Assembly (NCBI GenBank): GCA_965223005.1
Contig: CBDCVK010000002.1
Location: forward strand, 480,001 to 544,000
Direction: 5' to 3'
DNA: 64,000 nt
Source: Terriglobia bacterium
GTDB taxonomy: Bacteria > Acidobacteriota > Terriglobia > JAJPHL01 > JAPKYU01
Positions 9,931 through 19,650 of the stretch are shown piece by piece. The notes below the pieces were generated by a model, which saw only the letters and a program-made list of their open reading frames with translations, made no database searches and was not told the DNA's origin. Both the position numbers and the translations under genes were made by a program. Every line of letters begins with the position of its first letter. Positions within the stretch are counted from its first letter, which is position 1.

Positions 9931-10570
9931 TATAGGTGTCTTCTGGGGCCGGAGTAACGACGGTAACTTGTTGGGTGCTATGTTAATAGAACAGCTTTCT
10001 TGGGGAATATACCAGCGCGGAGCGGTGGTGATTCGAAGTGGAGATATTGTTTTCGATGTTGGATCCCATCTGGGCACCTTTTCCAGGTTTGCGCTGAATC
10101 GGGGGGCCCGGCTCGTAGTCGCTTTTGAACCGGAATCGACGAATATCACCTGCTATAAGCAAACTTTCCAGCGGGAAATCGAGGAAGGGCGCGTGATTCT
10201 GGTTGAGGCCGCCGCCTGGGAGACTCCGGGCACGCTCAGCTTCTCCGACGCAAAGCTGGACAACAGCGGGACAGGCATCGTCCGGCCCCCGGAGGATACC
10301 TGCCCTGGTGCAAAGGTGCCCGCCACCTCTATTGATGAAACTGTTTCTCGTTTGAATCTCGACCGGGTGGATTTCATCAAGATGGACATTGAAGGCGCAG
10401 AGAGGCATGCGCTGCGTGGAGCTCGGCGGAGCCTCGCTCGCTTCGGCCCCCGACTGGCCGTGTGTATCTACCATCGGTCGGATGACCCGGCGGTGATTCC
10501 CGAAGTGGTTTTCGCCGCGCGACCCTCCTACCAGATGTTTTCTTCTGAGGAGGCCGCGTATTTCTATTGA
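9931..10570 (+). pseudogene. 3' part of the FkbM-family SAM-dependent methyltransferase gene
   Basis: VFDVGSHLG, VAFEP and DFIKMDIEGAE motifs; begins at the IS256 target duplication. Confidence 0.85.
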
Positions 10571-10896
10571 AGTCGTTTCGGGCATCTGGCCGGTGCCGGA
10601 GCCTGTGCCCTCGGCGTTGAAGCGCTCGATAGTGGGTCAGTTTCCGAGAAGCCGACTATTCACCCAACTGAAACCGGGATTGATAAACGCTAGGCAGTTA
10701 CTGTGGACCTATCAGGCATCGCTGGTGACAAGACGGTGTTCTCCTGCCGCTTGGACTCCGTCAATTGGGCAGCGGAAGACCACCGGCGTGACGGGCCGGG
10801 TCTCTACGGTGACTTGCCCATCGACGTCAGCAGATGGGGGTGTCCACCCCTTCAAGCACCTGGCCCGGCGCGTCGTGCGGTAAATTAGTGCGCGGG

Positions 10897-11196
10897 TTAA
10901 TAGCGGCTTCGGTTATATCCGCCACTTCTGTTCCGGGACCCGCCCCCCTCCGTCTTGGGGCGCGCTTCGTTCACGTTCAGGGCGCGGCCGTCCAGTTCTT
11001 TTCCATTCACTGCCCCGATTGCCTTGGCCGCTTCCTCGTCATTCGACATCTCAACAAAAGCGAAGCCACGAGCCCGGCCTGTGTCCCGGTCCGTGATTAC
11101 ATTGATGCGCGTGATCTCTCCGAGCGGCTCAAAGATAGCCCGCAGATCACTCTCCGTGGTGTTAAAACTCATGTTGCCGACATACAAGCTTTTCAT
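10897..11196 (-). CDS. RRM-domain RNA-binding protein with Gly/Arg-rich tail
   Basis: RNP2 LYVGNM, RNP1 RGFAFVEM, LNVNEARPK; SD AAGGAG. Confidence 0.95.
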   Translation of the reverse strand: MKSLYVGNMSFNTTESDLRAIFEPLGEITRINVITDRDTGRARGFAFVEMSNDEEAAKAIGAVNGKELDGRALNVNEARPKTEGGGSRNRSGGYNRSRY

Positions 11197-11368
11197 TTCT
11201 CTTTGTCTCCTTAAAGTCGCCGCTCCGCCCGTGCGGAGCGGTCGCGTACCCGGCCGTCAGCACATTGCTGGAGACCGGCTATCTGGAATTTGATGGAGTC
11301 AATTGGGCAGGAAGCAAACGATAGAGGTAAATGCTTTCAGACAAACCGACTTCTTCAAATACGCGTGG

Positions 11369-11380
11369 TAGTATAACACA
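11369..11380 (-). promoter_or_regulatory. Putative extended -10 promoter of the RRM gene
   Basis: Minus strand reads TGTGTTATACTA, about 175 nt upstream of the ATG. Confidence 0.5.
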
Positions 11381-11625
11381 GTAGGACAAGGATGTGGAAA
11401 AAAACTAAACGTCTAGAATCTACGTGCTTTCGGACTCAACAGATCGTCTTTTTCAGTACCCGTTTTCGAGACATCCCTGGTATACTTATAAGGTAAGGAA
11501 TTCCCATCGTAGGGCGCTAACTGCAACTTCGCTAGGCCCTAATACTGAACCACGAGCCGGCGTCTCTAAGCTACGATTTGGCTGTTCTCAGGCCGGCCGG
11601 TGTCCGGGTTGGTCAAGGAGGTTTC

Positions 11626-11886
11626 GTGCAAGTTCTCCGGAAAGCTCAGTATCTTAAGCATGGACAGTATGGCCTCGGTGTAGTCACTGAATCTAATCCC
11701 GAACGCACCATCATAGACTTCGATCTCCACGGCATCAAGAAGTTCGTCACCAGTCTCATGATGGTCGAACTATTGCCCGGAGGAGCTCCCTCCAAGCCTG
11801 CGCTTCCAAAGCGCCGCGCGAAAAAATCTTCCGCTTCTGTGCCACCGCATGCACCAAGCGGTTCTGTTGAGCCGGCAGCGGTTTAG
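11626..11886 (+). CDS. Small hypothetical protein resembling the PcrA/UvrD C-terminal Tudor-like domain
   Basis: SD AAGGAGG then GTG at 11626; LKHGQYGLGVV...IIDFDLHGIKK pattern with a basic tail. Confidence 0.6.
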   Translation: MQVLRKAQYLKHGQYGLGVVTESNPERTIIDFDLHGIKKFVTSLMMVELLPGGAPSKPALPKRRAKKSSASVPPHAPSGSVEPAAV

Positions 11887-12279
11887 GGCAGCCACACCAA
11901 GGGCAGAGCCAGTCCACCACTTCGGCGAATTTTGCCCGGCGGACGCAGCCAATGATGGCGGCGCGGATCGCTGCTTCCCGCAGCGCTTGTTCCGAAGCGG
12001 GGAGCGGCGGCGGCTTCCACCGCGATCAACATGCCGCCGCGTCCCCAAGCTATCGTGGCCCCACTAACCCAGCTCTCTGGAACGAAAGGATTTGGGTCGG
12101 ATTCGACAGATAGGTCTCCGCTCGTCGGTTAGTGTTTACCTATGCTGCCACGCAGCACCACTTAGCCGGTATAACGCCCTTACCGTAAATTGACCCACTA
12201 CCAAGCGCCCGGGAGTGTGGCGAAACCAGGGGGTTTTCCGCTATACTGAAGGTTCGTTTGTCAGGAGGCTGGGCAGAGC

Positions 12280-12585
12280 ATGTATGCGATCATTCAGACG
12301 GGGGGAAAGCAATACCGGGTCGCGCCCGGAGACGTGCTTCAAGTAGAGAAACTTAAGGGCGAGCCGGGCGAGACGCTTGAGCTGCCCGCTGTAGCGGTGG
12401 CGCCCGACGGGGAGCCGATTCGCGCCGGCAAGGATTTGAGTGCGCGCGTGCAAGCTTCAATCCTCGGGACCGTCCGCGCGCCGAAGGTGCTGGTATTCAA
12501 GTACAAGCGGCGGAAGCACTTCAAGCGGCTGACCGGACACCGCCAGTCGCTGACCCGCATTCGCATCCAGGAGATCCTCGTCTAG
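12280..12585 (+). CDS. rplU: 50S ribosomal protein L21
   Basis: MYAIIQTGGKQYRV and GHRQ motifs. Confidence 0.98.
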   Translation: MYAIIQTGGKQYRVAPGDVLQVEKLKGEPGETLELPAVAVAPDGEPIRAGKDLSARVQASILGTVRAPKVLVFKYKRRKHFKRLTGHRQSLTRIRIQEILV

Positions 12586-12626
12586 CACCAAGCAGGGTCT
12601 AGCAGTCAGCAGGAGGAAACACAGTT

Positions 12627-12896
12627 ATGGCACACAAGAAAGGGCTGGGCAGTTCTCGTAACGGACGGGATTCGCAGGCACAGCGGCTGGGGGTCAAGAA
12701 GTTCGGTGGCCAGCTGGTTTCCGGTGGTTCCATCCTGGTCCGGCAGCGCGGGACTCGCTTCAAGGCCGGAGAGAATGTGGGCTTGGGCAGGGATCATACC
12801 CTGTTCGCCAGGGTTTCCGGGCAAGTCGAGTTCGCGGGGCGAGGCCGGTTTGGCAAATTCGTCCACGTTCATCCCGTCGCGGAGCCGCCCTCCTAG
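12627..12896 (+). CDS. rpmA: 50S ribosomal protein L27
   Basis: [16 protein letters not shown] and ILVRQRGT motifs. Confidence 0.98.
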   Translation: MAHKKGLGSSRNGRDSQAQRLGVKKFGGQLVSGGSILVRQRGTRFKAGENVGLGRDHTLFARVSGQVEFAGRGRFGKFVHVHPVAEPPS

Positions 12897-13009
12897 CTGG
12901 CGCCTGGCTTTAGGGTGCGGAAAAAGGGGTCCCCTATTCTTACGAAACGAAGCCAAGCAATTCTTGTTTAATCAGTAACTTAAGATCTATTTTTCGATCA
13001 GTAACTTGA

Positions 13010-14170
<1,161 letters not shown>

Positions 14171-14186
14171 GGATGCCCGCCGGCCG

Positions 14187-14852
14187 ATGAACGTCGCTCT
14201 GTTCGGCGGAACGTTTGATCCTGTCCATTGTGGCCACCTTTCGGCCGCTCGGGCCGCTCGCGAGCGCTTCGGTCTGGACCGTATCTATTTCGTTCCCGCA
14301 GGACGTCCCCCGCACCGCTCCCACGATCGCCTGAGTGCCTTCGAGCATCGCTACGCCATGGTGGCGCTAGCTTGTGCAGGAGAGCGCGGCTTTGTTCCCT
14401 CCTTGGCCGAGGCACCCTCGCGCCGTGGAGTCCAATATTCAGTCCACCTGGTGCGCCGCTTTCGCCGCCAGCTTGGTCCGGGGGACCGGCTCTTTTTCCT
14501 CATTGGCGTTGACGCCTTTCTGGAATTGCCGAGCTGGCACCAGTGGCGCGCCTTGCTCAATGGAGCGGATTTCCTGATTGTCAGCCGGCCCGGTTGCCCC
14601 CTGGAGCAGGTTGCTGAAGTCTTCCCGAAGGATCTGCTCCGGGAGCGGCGCACTGTGCCAGGGCCGGAGCAGGGGCCGGAACCAGTGGAGGAGTTTCGCC
14701 TGCGCCGGACCACGGCCCGGGTGCTGTCCAACGTGTGGGAACCAATCTCGGCCACCGAGGTGCGCCGGCGAGCGCGCGACGGGGGGAGTCTGCTGGGGTT
14801 GGTGCCGCCGGCAGTCGCCGAATACATTCTGGAGCAGCGCCTCTATCAATAA
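14187..14852 (+). CDS. nadD: Nicotinate-nucleotide adenylyltransferase
   Basis: FGGTFDPVHCGH and ISATEVR motifs. Confidence 0.95.
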   Translation: MNVALFGGTFDPVHCGHLSAARAARERFGLDRIYFVPAGRPPHRSHDRLSAFEHRYAMVALACAGERGFVPSLAEAPSRRGVQYSVHLVRRFRRQLGPGDRLFFLIGVDAFLELPSWHQWRALLNGADFLIVSRPGCPLEQVAEVFPKDLLRERRTVPGPEQGPEPVEEFRLRRTTARVLSNVWEPISATEVRRRARDGGSLLGLVPPAVAEYILEQRLYQ

Positions 14853-14946
14853 ATGAGCAATAAATGAGCAATGAATGGGCAATGAATCCGCAATGAATTC
14901 GGCAACAGATTCGGGAACGGATTGGGCAACGAATCCAGCAATGAAG
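14847..14946 (+). repeat. Degenerate 11-12 bp tandem repeat, about 9 units (consensus CAATGAATxGG)
   Basis: caataaatgag caataaatgag caatgaatggg caatgaatccg caatgaattcgg caacagattcgg gaacggattggg caacgaatccag caatgaag. Confidence 0.85.
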
Positions 14947-15285
14947 CCTGAACTCCATGCTGCCGTGACCGCGGCGCTGGACAAGAAAGCCGTGGACCCG
15001 GTCGCGCTTGAGTTGAGGGACGTTTGCTCGTTCACCGACTACTTTCTGATCTGCACTGGCGCCAATTCCCGACAGGTGCAGGCCATCAGCGAAGAAATCG
15101 AGCTGTGCTTGAAGCGCGGCGGGCTGCGGCCCTACCACATCGAGGGCTACCCTCAGGCGGAGTGGATCCTGATGGACTATGTAGATTTCATGGTCCATGT
15201 TTTCTCTCCTAAGGCCCGCCTGTATTACGACCTGGAGCGGCTCTGGCGGATGGCTCCCCGCATTCGTTTGGAGGAAGCGCGCTGA
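14941..15285 (+). CDS. rsfS: Ribosome silencing factor RsfS (start uncertain; an in-frame ATG also lies at 14875)
   Basis: LDKKA, TDYFLICTG, RQVQAI, WILMDY and YYDLERLW motifs. Confidence 0.95.
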   Translation: MKPELHAAVTAALDKKAVDPVALELRDVCSFTDYFLICTGANSRQVQAISEEIELCLKRGGLRPYHIEGYPQAEWILMDYVDFMVHVFSPKARLYYDLERLWRMAPRIRLEEAR

Positions 15286-15360
15286 TGGCCAGTACCGTGA
15301 CCGGCTCATTTGGTTTCTTCGGGAAGTCTCTGGTCTTTGGGTAGCGCTGAGGAGGCTGCG

Positions 15361-16338
15361 GTGGGAGGAGCAACGGGGTCAGCCGGTCAGGGTACGCACA
15401 CGGACCCGGATGCCGTCCTACTAAAACTGTGGGTGGCTCAGGACCCGCAGTCCCGCAAGGTCGCCGAGATCGCCCACAAGGTGGCCCTCACCTCCACCAC
15501 CGTGCTGATCCGCGGCGAAAGCGGCACCGGCAAGGACCTGCTGGCCCAGATGATCCACTACCTGGGGCCAACTCACGATGAGCCGATGTTGAAGATTGAC
15601 TGCGCCAGCCTGCCGCCCGAGCTGGTCGAAAGCGAACTGTTCGGGCACGAGCGCGGGGCTTTCACAGGGGCCGACGCCCAGAAGCGCGGGCGTCTGGAAC
15701 TGGCCGGCGGCGGCACGATTGTGCTCGACGAGGTTGCAGCGTTGACCTTGCCGATGCAGGCCAAGCTGCTGCGTGTGATCGAAGAAAAGCAGTTCGAGCG
15801 GCTGGGGGGAGCCGCCGCCGTGCGCATTCGTGCCCGGTTGATCGCCCTGACCAACGCGGACTTGGAGCAGGCGGTCGGGCGCGGGGACTTTCGCGAAGAC
15901 CTGTACTTTCGGCTGAACGTCTTCCCCATCGTCCTGCCGCCGCTGCGCGAGCGGCGCGGCGACATCCTGCCGCTGGCCGAGCACCTACTGGTCGCCCTGG
16001 CCGAAGTGCACCGCAGGCGCCCGGTTCGTCTTGCGCCCAAGGCCGCCGCGGCGCTCCAAGAATACGACTTTCCCGGGAATGTCCGCGAGCTAAGGAACCT
16101 GATGGAGCGCGCCCTCATCTTCGCGTCTGGTCAGGAGATTGGTCTGGAGCAGCTGCCCGCGCACCTGTCCGAAGGCAAGTCGGCAGTCGAGGGCAAGCCG
16201 ACGCTGGCGGAACTCGAGCGGCAGTACATCGCCGAAGTGCTGGACTACACGCGCGGCCGCAAGTCCCGCGCCGCCGAAATCCTGGGTATCAGCCGCAAGA
16301 CGCTGCTCGAGAAGCGCAAGCGCTACGGCCTGGACTAG
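15361..16338 (+). CDS. Sigma-54 enhancer-binding protein (AAA+ plus Fis HTH) without an N-terminal sensory domain
   Basis: GESGTGKD, ESELFGHERGAFTGA, DLYFRLNVF, PGNVREL and AAEILGISRKTL motifs; SD GAGGAGG before GTG at 15361. Confidence 0.9.
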   Translation: MGGATGSAGQGTHTDPDAVLLKLWVAQDPQSRKVAEIAHKVALTSTTVLIRGESGTGKDLLAQMIHYLGPTHDEPMLKIDCASLPPELVESELFGHERGAFTGADAQKRGRLELAGGGTIVLDEVAALTLPMQAKLLRVIEEKQFERLGGAAAVRIRARLIALTNADLEQAVGRGDFREDLYFRLNVFPIVLPPLRERRGDILPLAEHLLVALAEVHRRRPVRLAPKAAAALQEYDFPGNVRELRNLMERALIFASGQEIGLEQLPAHLSEGKSAVEGKPTLAELERQYIAEVLDYTRGRKSRAAEILGISRKTLLEKRKRYGLD

Positions 16339-16425
16339 TGACGAGCCGCGAGCTCCCGGTGGTTGCTTTGCTCTGCCGGCGGTTGCTTTGGCCCGAATGC
16401 AGAGTCTTGACTGCCAAGTTCTGGC

Positions 16426-16848
16426 ATGAAAATTCGCATTGCTTATGTGGGGCGGTCGCGTAACCGTGCGCTGAATGAGGCGGCGGCTGAGTATGCGCGA
16501 CGCTTGGGACATTTTTGCGATTTTGGGCAGCGAGAACTGCGCGAAGCCGACCTGGCCCGGGTGCACCAAAAATTCCCGCGGGCCATGCTGGTTGCCTTGG
16601 ATGCGGCGGGCCGGCGAATGGACTCAGCCGCTTTCACGCGCTGGCTGGAGCGGTTGCGCCACGGCGGCACGCGCGAGTTGGTGATCCTGGTGGGAGGCGC
16701 CGACGGCCTCCCGACGGCCCTGCGCGCCGAGTGCGAATTGCTGTCGCTTTCCCCTCTCACCCTGCCCCACGAGTTGGCCCGCGTGGTCCTGTTGGAGCAG
16801 ATTTACCGCGCTTTTGCCACGCTCCACAATCACCCCTATCCCCGATAA
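16426..16848 (+). CDS. rlmH: 23S rRNA pseudouridine-1915 methyltransferase
   Basis: VGGADG, LSPLTLPHELARVVLLEQIYRA and HPYPR motifs. Confidence 0.95.
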   Translation: MKIRIAYVGRSRNRALNEAAAEYARRLGHFCDFGQRELREADLARVHQKFPRAMLVALDAAGRRMDSAAFTRWLERLRHGGTRELVILVGGADGLPTALRAECELLSLSPLTLPHELARVVLLEQIYRAFATLHNHPYPR

Positions 16849-16877
16849 CGGTCCTCCGCTAGAATGTTTTCTTAGAT

Positions 16878-17402
16878 ATGGGGCTGCTGATCATTTACAC
16901 GGGCAACGGAAAGGGCAAGACCAGCGCCGCGCTGGGGACTGCCTTGCGCGCCATCGGCCAGGGACTGAAGGTGCTAATGGTGCAGTTCCTGAAAGGGTCC
17001 TGGCACTACGGCGAGCTGGACACAGCCGAGCTGCTGGGCGAAGAGCGCTTCCAGCTGCTGCCCATGGGGCGCGGCTTCGTCAAGGTGGGTACGGAGAAGC
17101 CGGACCCGGCGGATGTGGAGCTGGTGGAAAAGGCCTGGGAACTTGGCCGGGAAAAGGTCTTCTCGGGCGAGTACCAGTTGGTGATTTTCGACGAGATCAA
17201 CTACGCTATTCACTATGGCATGCTCGCTGCCGAAAGAGTAGCTGAAGCGTTGGCGCAACGGCCCGAGGACGTCCACGTCATCCTGACCGGGCGTAACGCC
17301 CACCCCAGCCTGGTCGAGGTCGCTGACCTGGTCACGGAAATGAAAGAGATCAAGCACCCGTTCCAGAAAGGCATCCTGGCGCAACGCGGCATTGATTATT
17401 AA
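16878..17402 (+). CDS. cobO: Cob(I)alamin adenosyltransferase CobO/BtuR
   Basis: YTGNGKGKTSAA, QFLKG, DEIN, LTGRNA and KHPF motifs. Confidence 0.93.
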   Translation: MGLLIIYTGNGKGKTSAALGTALRAIGQGLKVLMVQFLKGSWHYGELDTAELLGEERFQLLPMGRGFVKVGTEKPDPADVELVEKAWELGREKVFSGEYQLVIFDEINYAIHYGMLAAERVAEALAQRPEDVHVILTGRNAHPSLVEVADLVTEMKEIKHPFQKGILAQRGIDY

Positions 17403-17463
17403 CGGGGGATTATTGACCAGGGATTGTCGGCGAGGAAGCGCCGCTGCAAGCTCGGAGAACTGC

Positions 17464-18363
17464 ATGGCTTGGTTCAAGAGAGAAAAGAAGCCTCTGGAAG
17501 CGTCGGACGAGAAGCACGTCCGAACCGAGGGGTTGTGGACCAAGTGCAGCAACTGCCGGCAGATTATCTGGAAGAAAGACCTGGAAGCTGGTTGGAATGT
17601 CTGCCCCCGCTGCGAGTGTCATTTCCGCATTGACGCCGGCACGCGCCTCCGTCTGCTGCTGGATGGCGACTGGACGGAGCATGATGCCAGCCTGGCCTCC
17701 ACCGATCCGCTCCAGTTTGTAGACCTGAAGAGTTACCGGGACCGCTTGGCCCAGACGCAGAAACAAACCCGGCTCAAGGACGCCTTGATCACCGCCGAGG
17801 GCACGCTGGGGCAGCACCCTGTGGTGCTTTGTGCGATGGAGTACAGCTTCATCGGAGGAAGCATGGGAGCGGTGGTGGGCGAAAAAATCACCCGCGCCAT
17901 CGAGCGCAGCCTGGCCAGCCGCCTGCCGCTGATCATCGTCTCGGCCTCCGGGGGCGCGCGCATGATGGAAGGGGTGGTGAGTCTGATGCAGATGGCAAAG
18001 ATTAGCGCCGCCCTGGTCCGCCTGGACGAGGAGCGCATCCCCTACATCAGCGTGCTCACCGATCCCACCACCGGCGGCGTCACCGCCAGTTTCGCCATGC
18101 TGGGCGACCTGAACATCGCCGAGCCCGGCGCCTTGATCGGCTTTGCCGGGCCTCGCGTGATTGAGCAGACAATTCGCCAGAAGTTGCCCGAAGGTTTCCA
18201 GCGCAGCGAATTTCTGCTGGAGCACGGCATGCTAGACGCGGTCGTGCACCGCAAGGACCTGAAACACTACATTGCGCGGGCACTGGAGTTTTGCCTTCCG
18301 TCCAGTTCCACCAGCGGCGGCCCGAGCGGACCTGCCAGTTTCGGACCTACCAGTTCCAGATAA
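17464..18363 (+). CDS. accD: Acetyl-CoA carboxylase carboxyltransferase beta subunit
   Basis: Zinc finger CxxC-x15-CxxC, GGSMG, SGGARM and PTTGGVTAS motifs; precedes folC. Confidence 0.97.
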   Translation: MAWFKREKKPLEASDEKHVRTEGLWTKCSNCRQIIWKKDLEAGWNVCPRCECHFRIDAGTRLRLLLDGDWTEHDASLASTDPLQFVDLKSYRDRLAQTQKQTRLKDALITAEGTLGQHPVVLCAMEYSFIGGSMGAVVGEKITRAIERSLASRLPLIIVSASGGARMMEGVVSLMQMAKISAALVRLDEERIPYISVLTDPTTGGVTASFAMLGDLNIAEPGALIGFAGPRVIEQTIRQKLPEGFQRSEFLLEHGMLDAVVHRKDLKHYIARALEFCLPSSSTSGGPSGPASFGPTSSR

Positions 18364-18372
18364 GATGCCGCC

Positions 18373-19650
18373 ATGACCTACGGGGCCGCCGTTTCCTATT
18401 TGCTTTCGGTGGGCCAGGAGCTGCGAGGAGTCAAGTTTGATCTGGCCAACATTCGCCGCTTGTTGGAGGAACTCGGCCATCCCGAGCAAGCCTGGAAGGC
18501 GGTGCAAATCGCCGGCACCAATGGCAAAGGGTCAGCGGCGGCGATGCTGGAAGCGGTGCTGCGCTCGGCCGGCTACCGCACGGGCCTGTATACCTCGCCA
18601 CACTTGGTACGCGTCAACGAGCGCATTCATGTTGCGGGCGAGGAGATTGCCGACTCCGATTTCGCTGCCGTCTCGGCCGACGTGGTGGCTGCTGTGGAGC
18701 GTCTGCTCGCGCGCCACGAGCTGCCGGCGCATCCCAGCTTCTTCGAGTCCCTCACAGCAATCGCGTTCGAACACTTTCGCCGCGCCCACTGCGAGATTAC
18801 CGCAGTCGAAGTGGGCATGGGCGGCCGGCTGGATGCCACCAGCGCGCTCACTCCGCTGCTCTCCATCATCATGCCGGTGGAGTTCGACCATGAACCTTAC
18901 CTGGGCCACACCCTGGAGCAGATCGCGTTCGAGAAGGCCGGCATTATCAGGGAAGGTGGCGTGGTGGTAAGCGCGGCGCAACATCCGGAGGCGGCGTCGG
19001 TGCTGGAACGTGTCGCGCGGGAGCGCGGTGCACGCCTGGTCTACGCTCAACAGGACACCCTGCTTCGGCTGAACGGGCAGTTGCGGCTGGCCCTGCCTGG
19101 CCGCCACCAGGCGGCCAACGCCGCCGTGGTAGCGACCGCGGTCCAGGAATTGCGCCGCCTCAGTGTCGAGGTTTCGCTCGCGGCGCTGGTCGAGGGTCTG
19201 GCAACCGTGCGCTGGCCGGGGCGCCTGGAATGGATACAGGGAAGGCCGGCGCTGCTACTGGACGGCGCCCACAACCCGGCCGCTGCCCGCGCCCTCGGTG
19301 TCTACCTTCGCGAGTCGCTGTTGGCCTCTGATCCGGGAGCAACCGGTCAGCGGCTCGTGCTGGTGTTTAGCAGCATGCGGGACAAGGCGGTGGCGGAGAT
19401 CGCTGACCTGCTGTTTCCGCTGGCGGCGGCCGTCGTTCTGACGCGTCCGCAGCAGAGGCGCGCAGCCACACCGCAAGGCATTGCAGAGCTGACCAGCCAC
19501 CTGAACGCGTGCGTGCTCGAGCGCGAGGAGCCAGGCAAGGCGCTGGAACTGGCGCGCGAGCTGGCGGGGCCAGACGGTGTGGTAGTAGTCACCGGCTCAC
19601 TCTACCTGGTGGGAGAAATCCGCCAGCTCGTGCTGGGACGCGGCCCATGA
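18373..19650 (+). CDS. folC: Folylpolyglutamate synthase/dihydrofolate synthase
   Basis: AGTNGKGS, TSPHL, EVGMGGRLDAT, WPGR and DGAHN motifs. Confidence 0.96.
   Translation: MTYGAAVSYLLSVGQELRGVKFDLANIRRLLEELGHPEQAWKAVQIAGTNGKGSAAAMLEAVLRSAGYRTGLYTSPHLVRVNERIHVAGEEIADSDFAAVSADVVAAVERLLARHELPAHPSFFESLTAIAFEHFRRAHCEITAVEVGMGGRLDATSALTPLLSIIMPVEFDHEPYLGHTLEQIAFEKAGIIREGGVVVSAAQHPEAASVLERVARERGARLVYAQQDTLLRLNGQLRLALPGRHQAANAAVVATAVQELRRLSVEVSLAALVEGLATVRWPGRLEWIQGRPALLLDGAHNPAAARALGVYLRESLLASDPGATGQRLVLVFSSMRDKAVAEIADLLFPLAAAVVLTRPQQRRAATPQGIAELTSHLNACVLEREEPGKALELARELAGPDGVVVVTGSLYLVGEIRQLVLGRGP

Larger units (their letters stand above)
10628..12202. mobile_element. Non-autonomous IR-bounded cassette (1575 bp) with two passenger genes and no transposase
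   Basis: Terminal IRs GATAGTGGGTCAGTTTCCG and (reverse complement) GGTAGTGGGTCAATTTACG match at 16/19; flanks AAGCGCTC (10620-27) and AAGCGCCC (12203-10) match at 7/8; inner TAAAC(G/A)CT..GACCTATC motif at both ends. Confidence 0.75.

Noticed and set aside
12190-12247. Hybrid promoter for rplU using TTGACC in the cassette IR and TATACT
   Set aside because: Spacing is about 46 bp, far from 17 bp
14847-14946. Possible CRISPR array
   Set aside because: Units are 11-12 bp with no spacers, and no cas genes are present in the window
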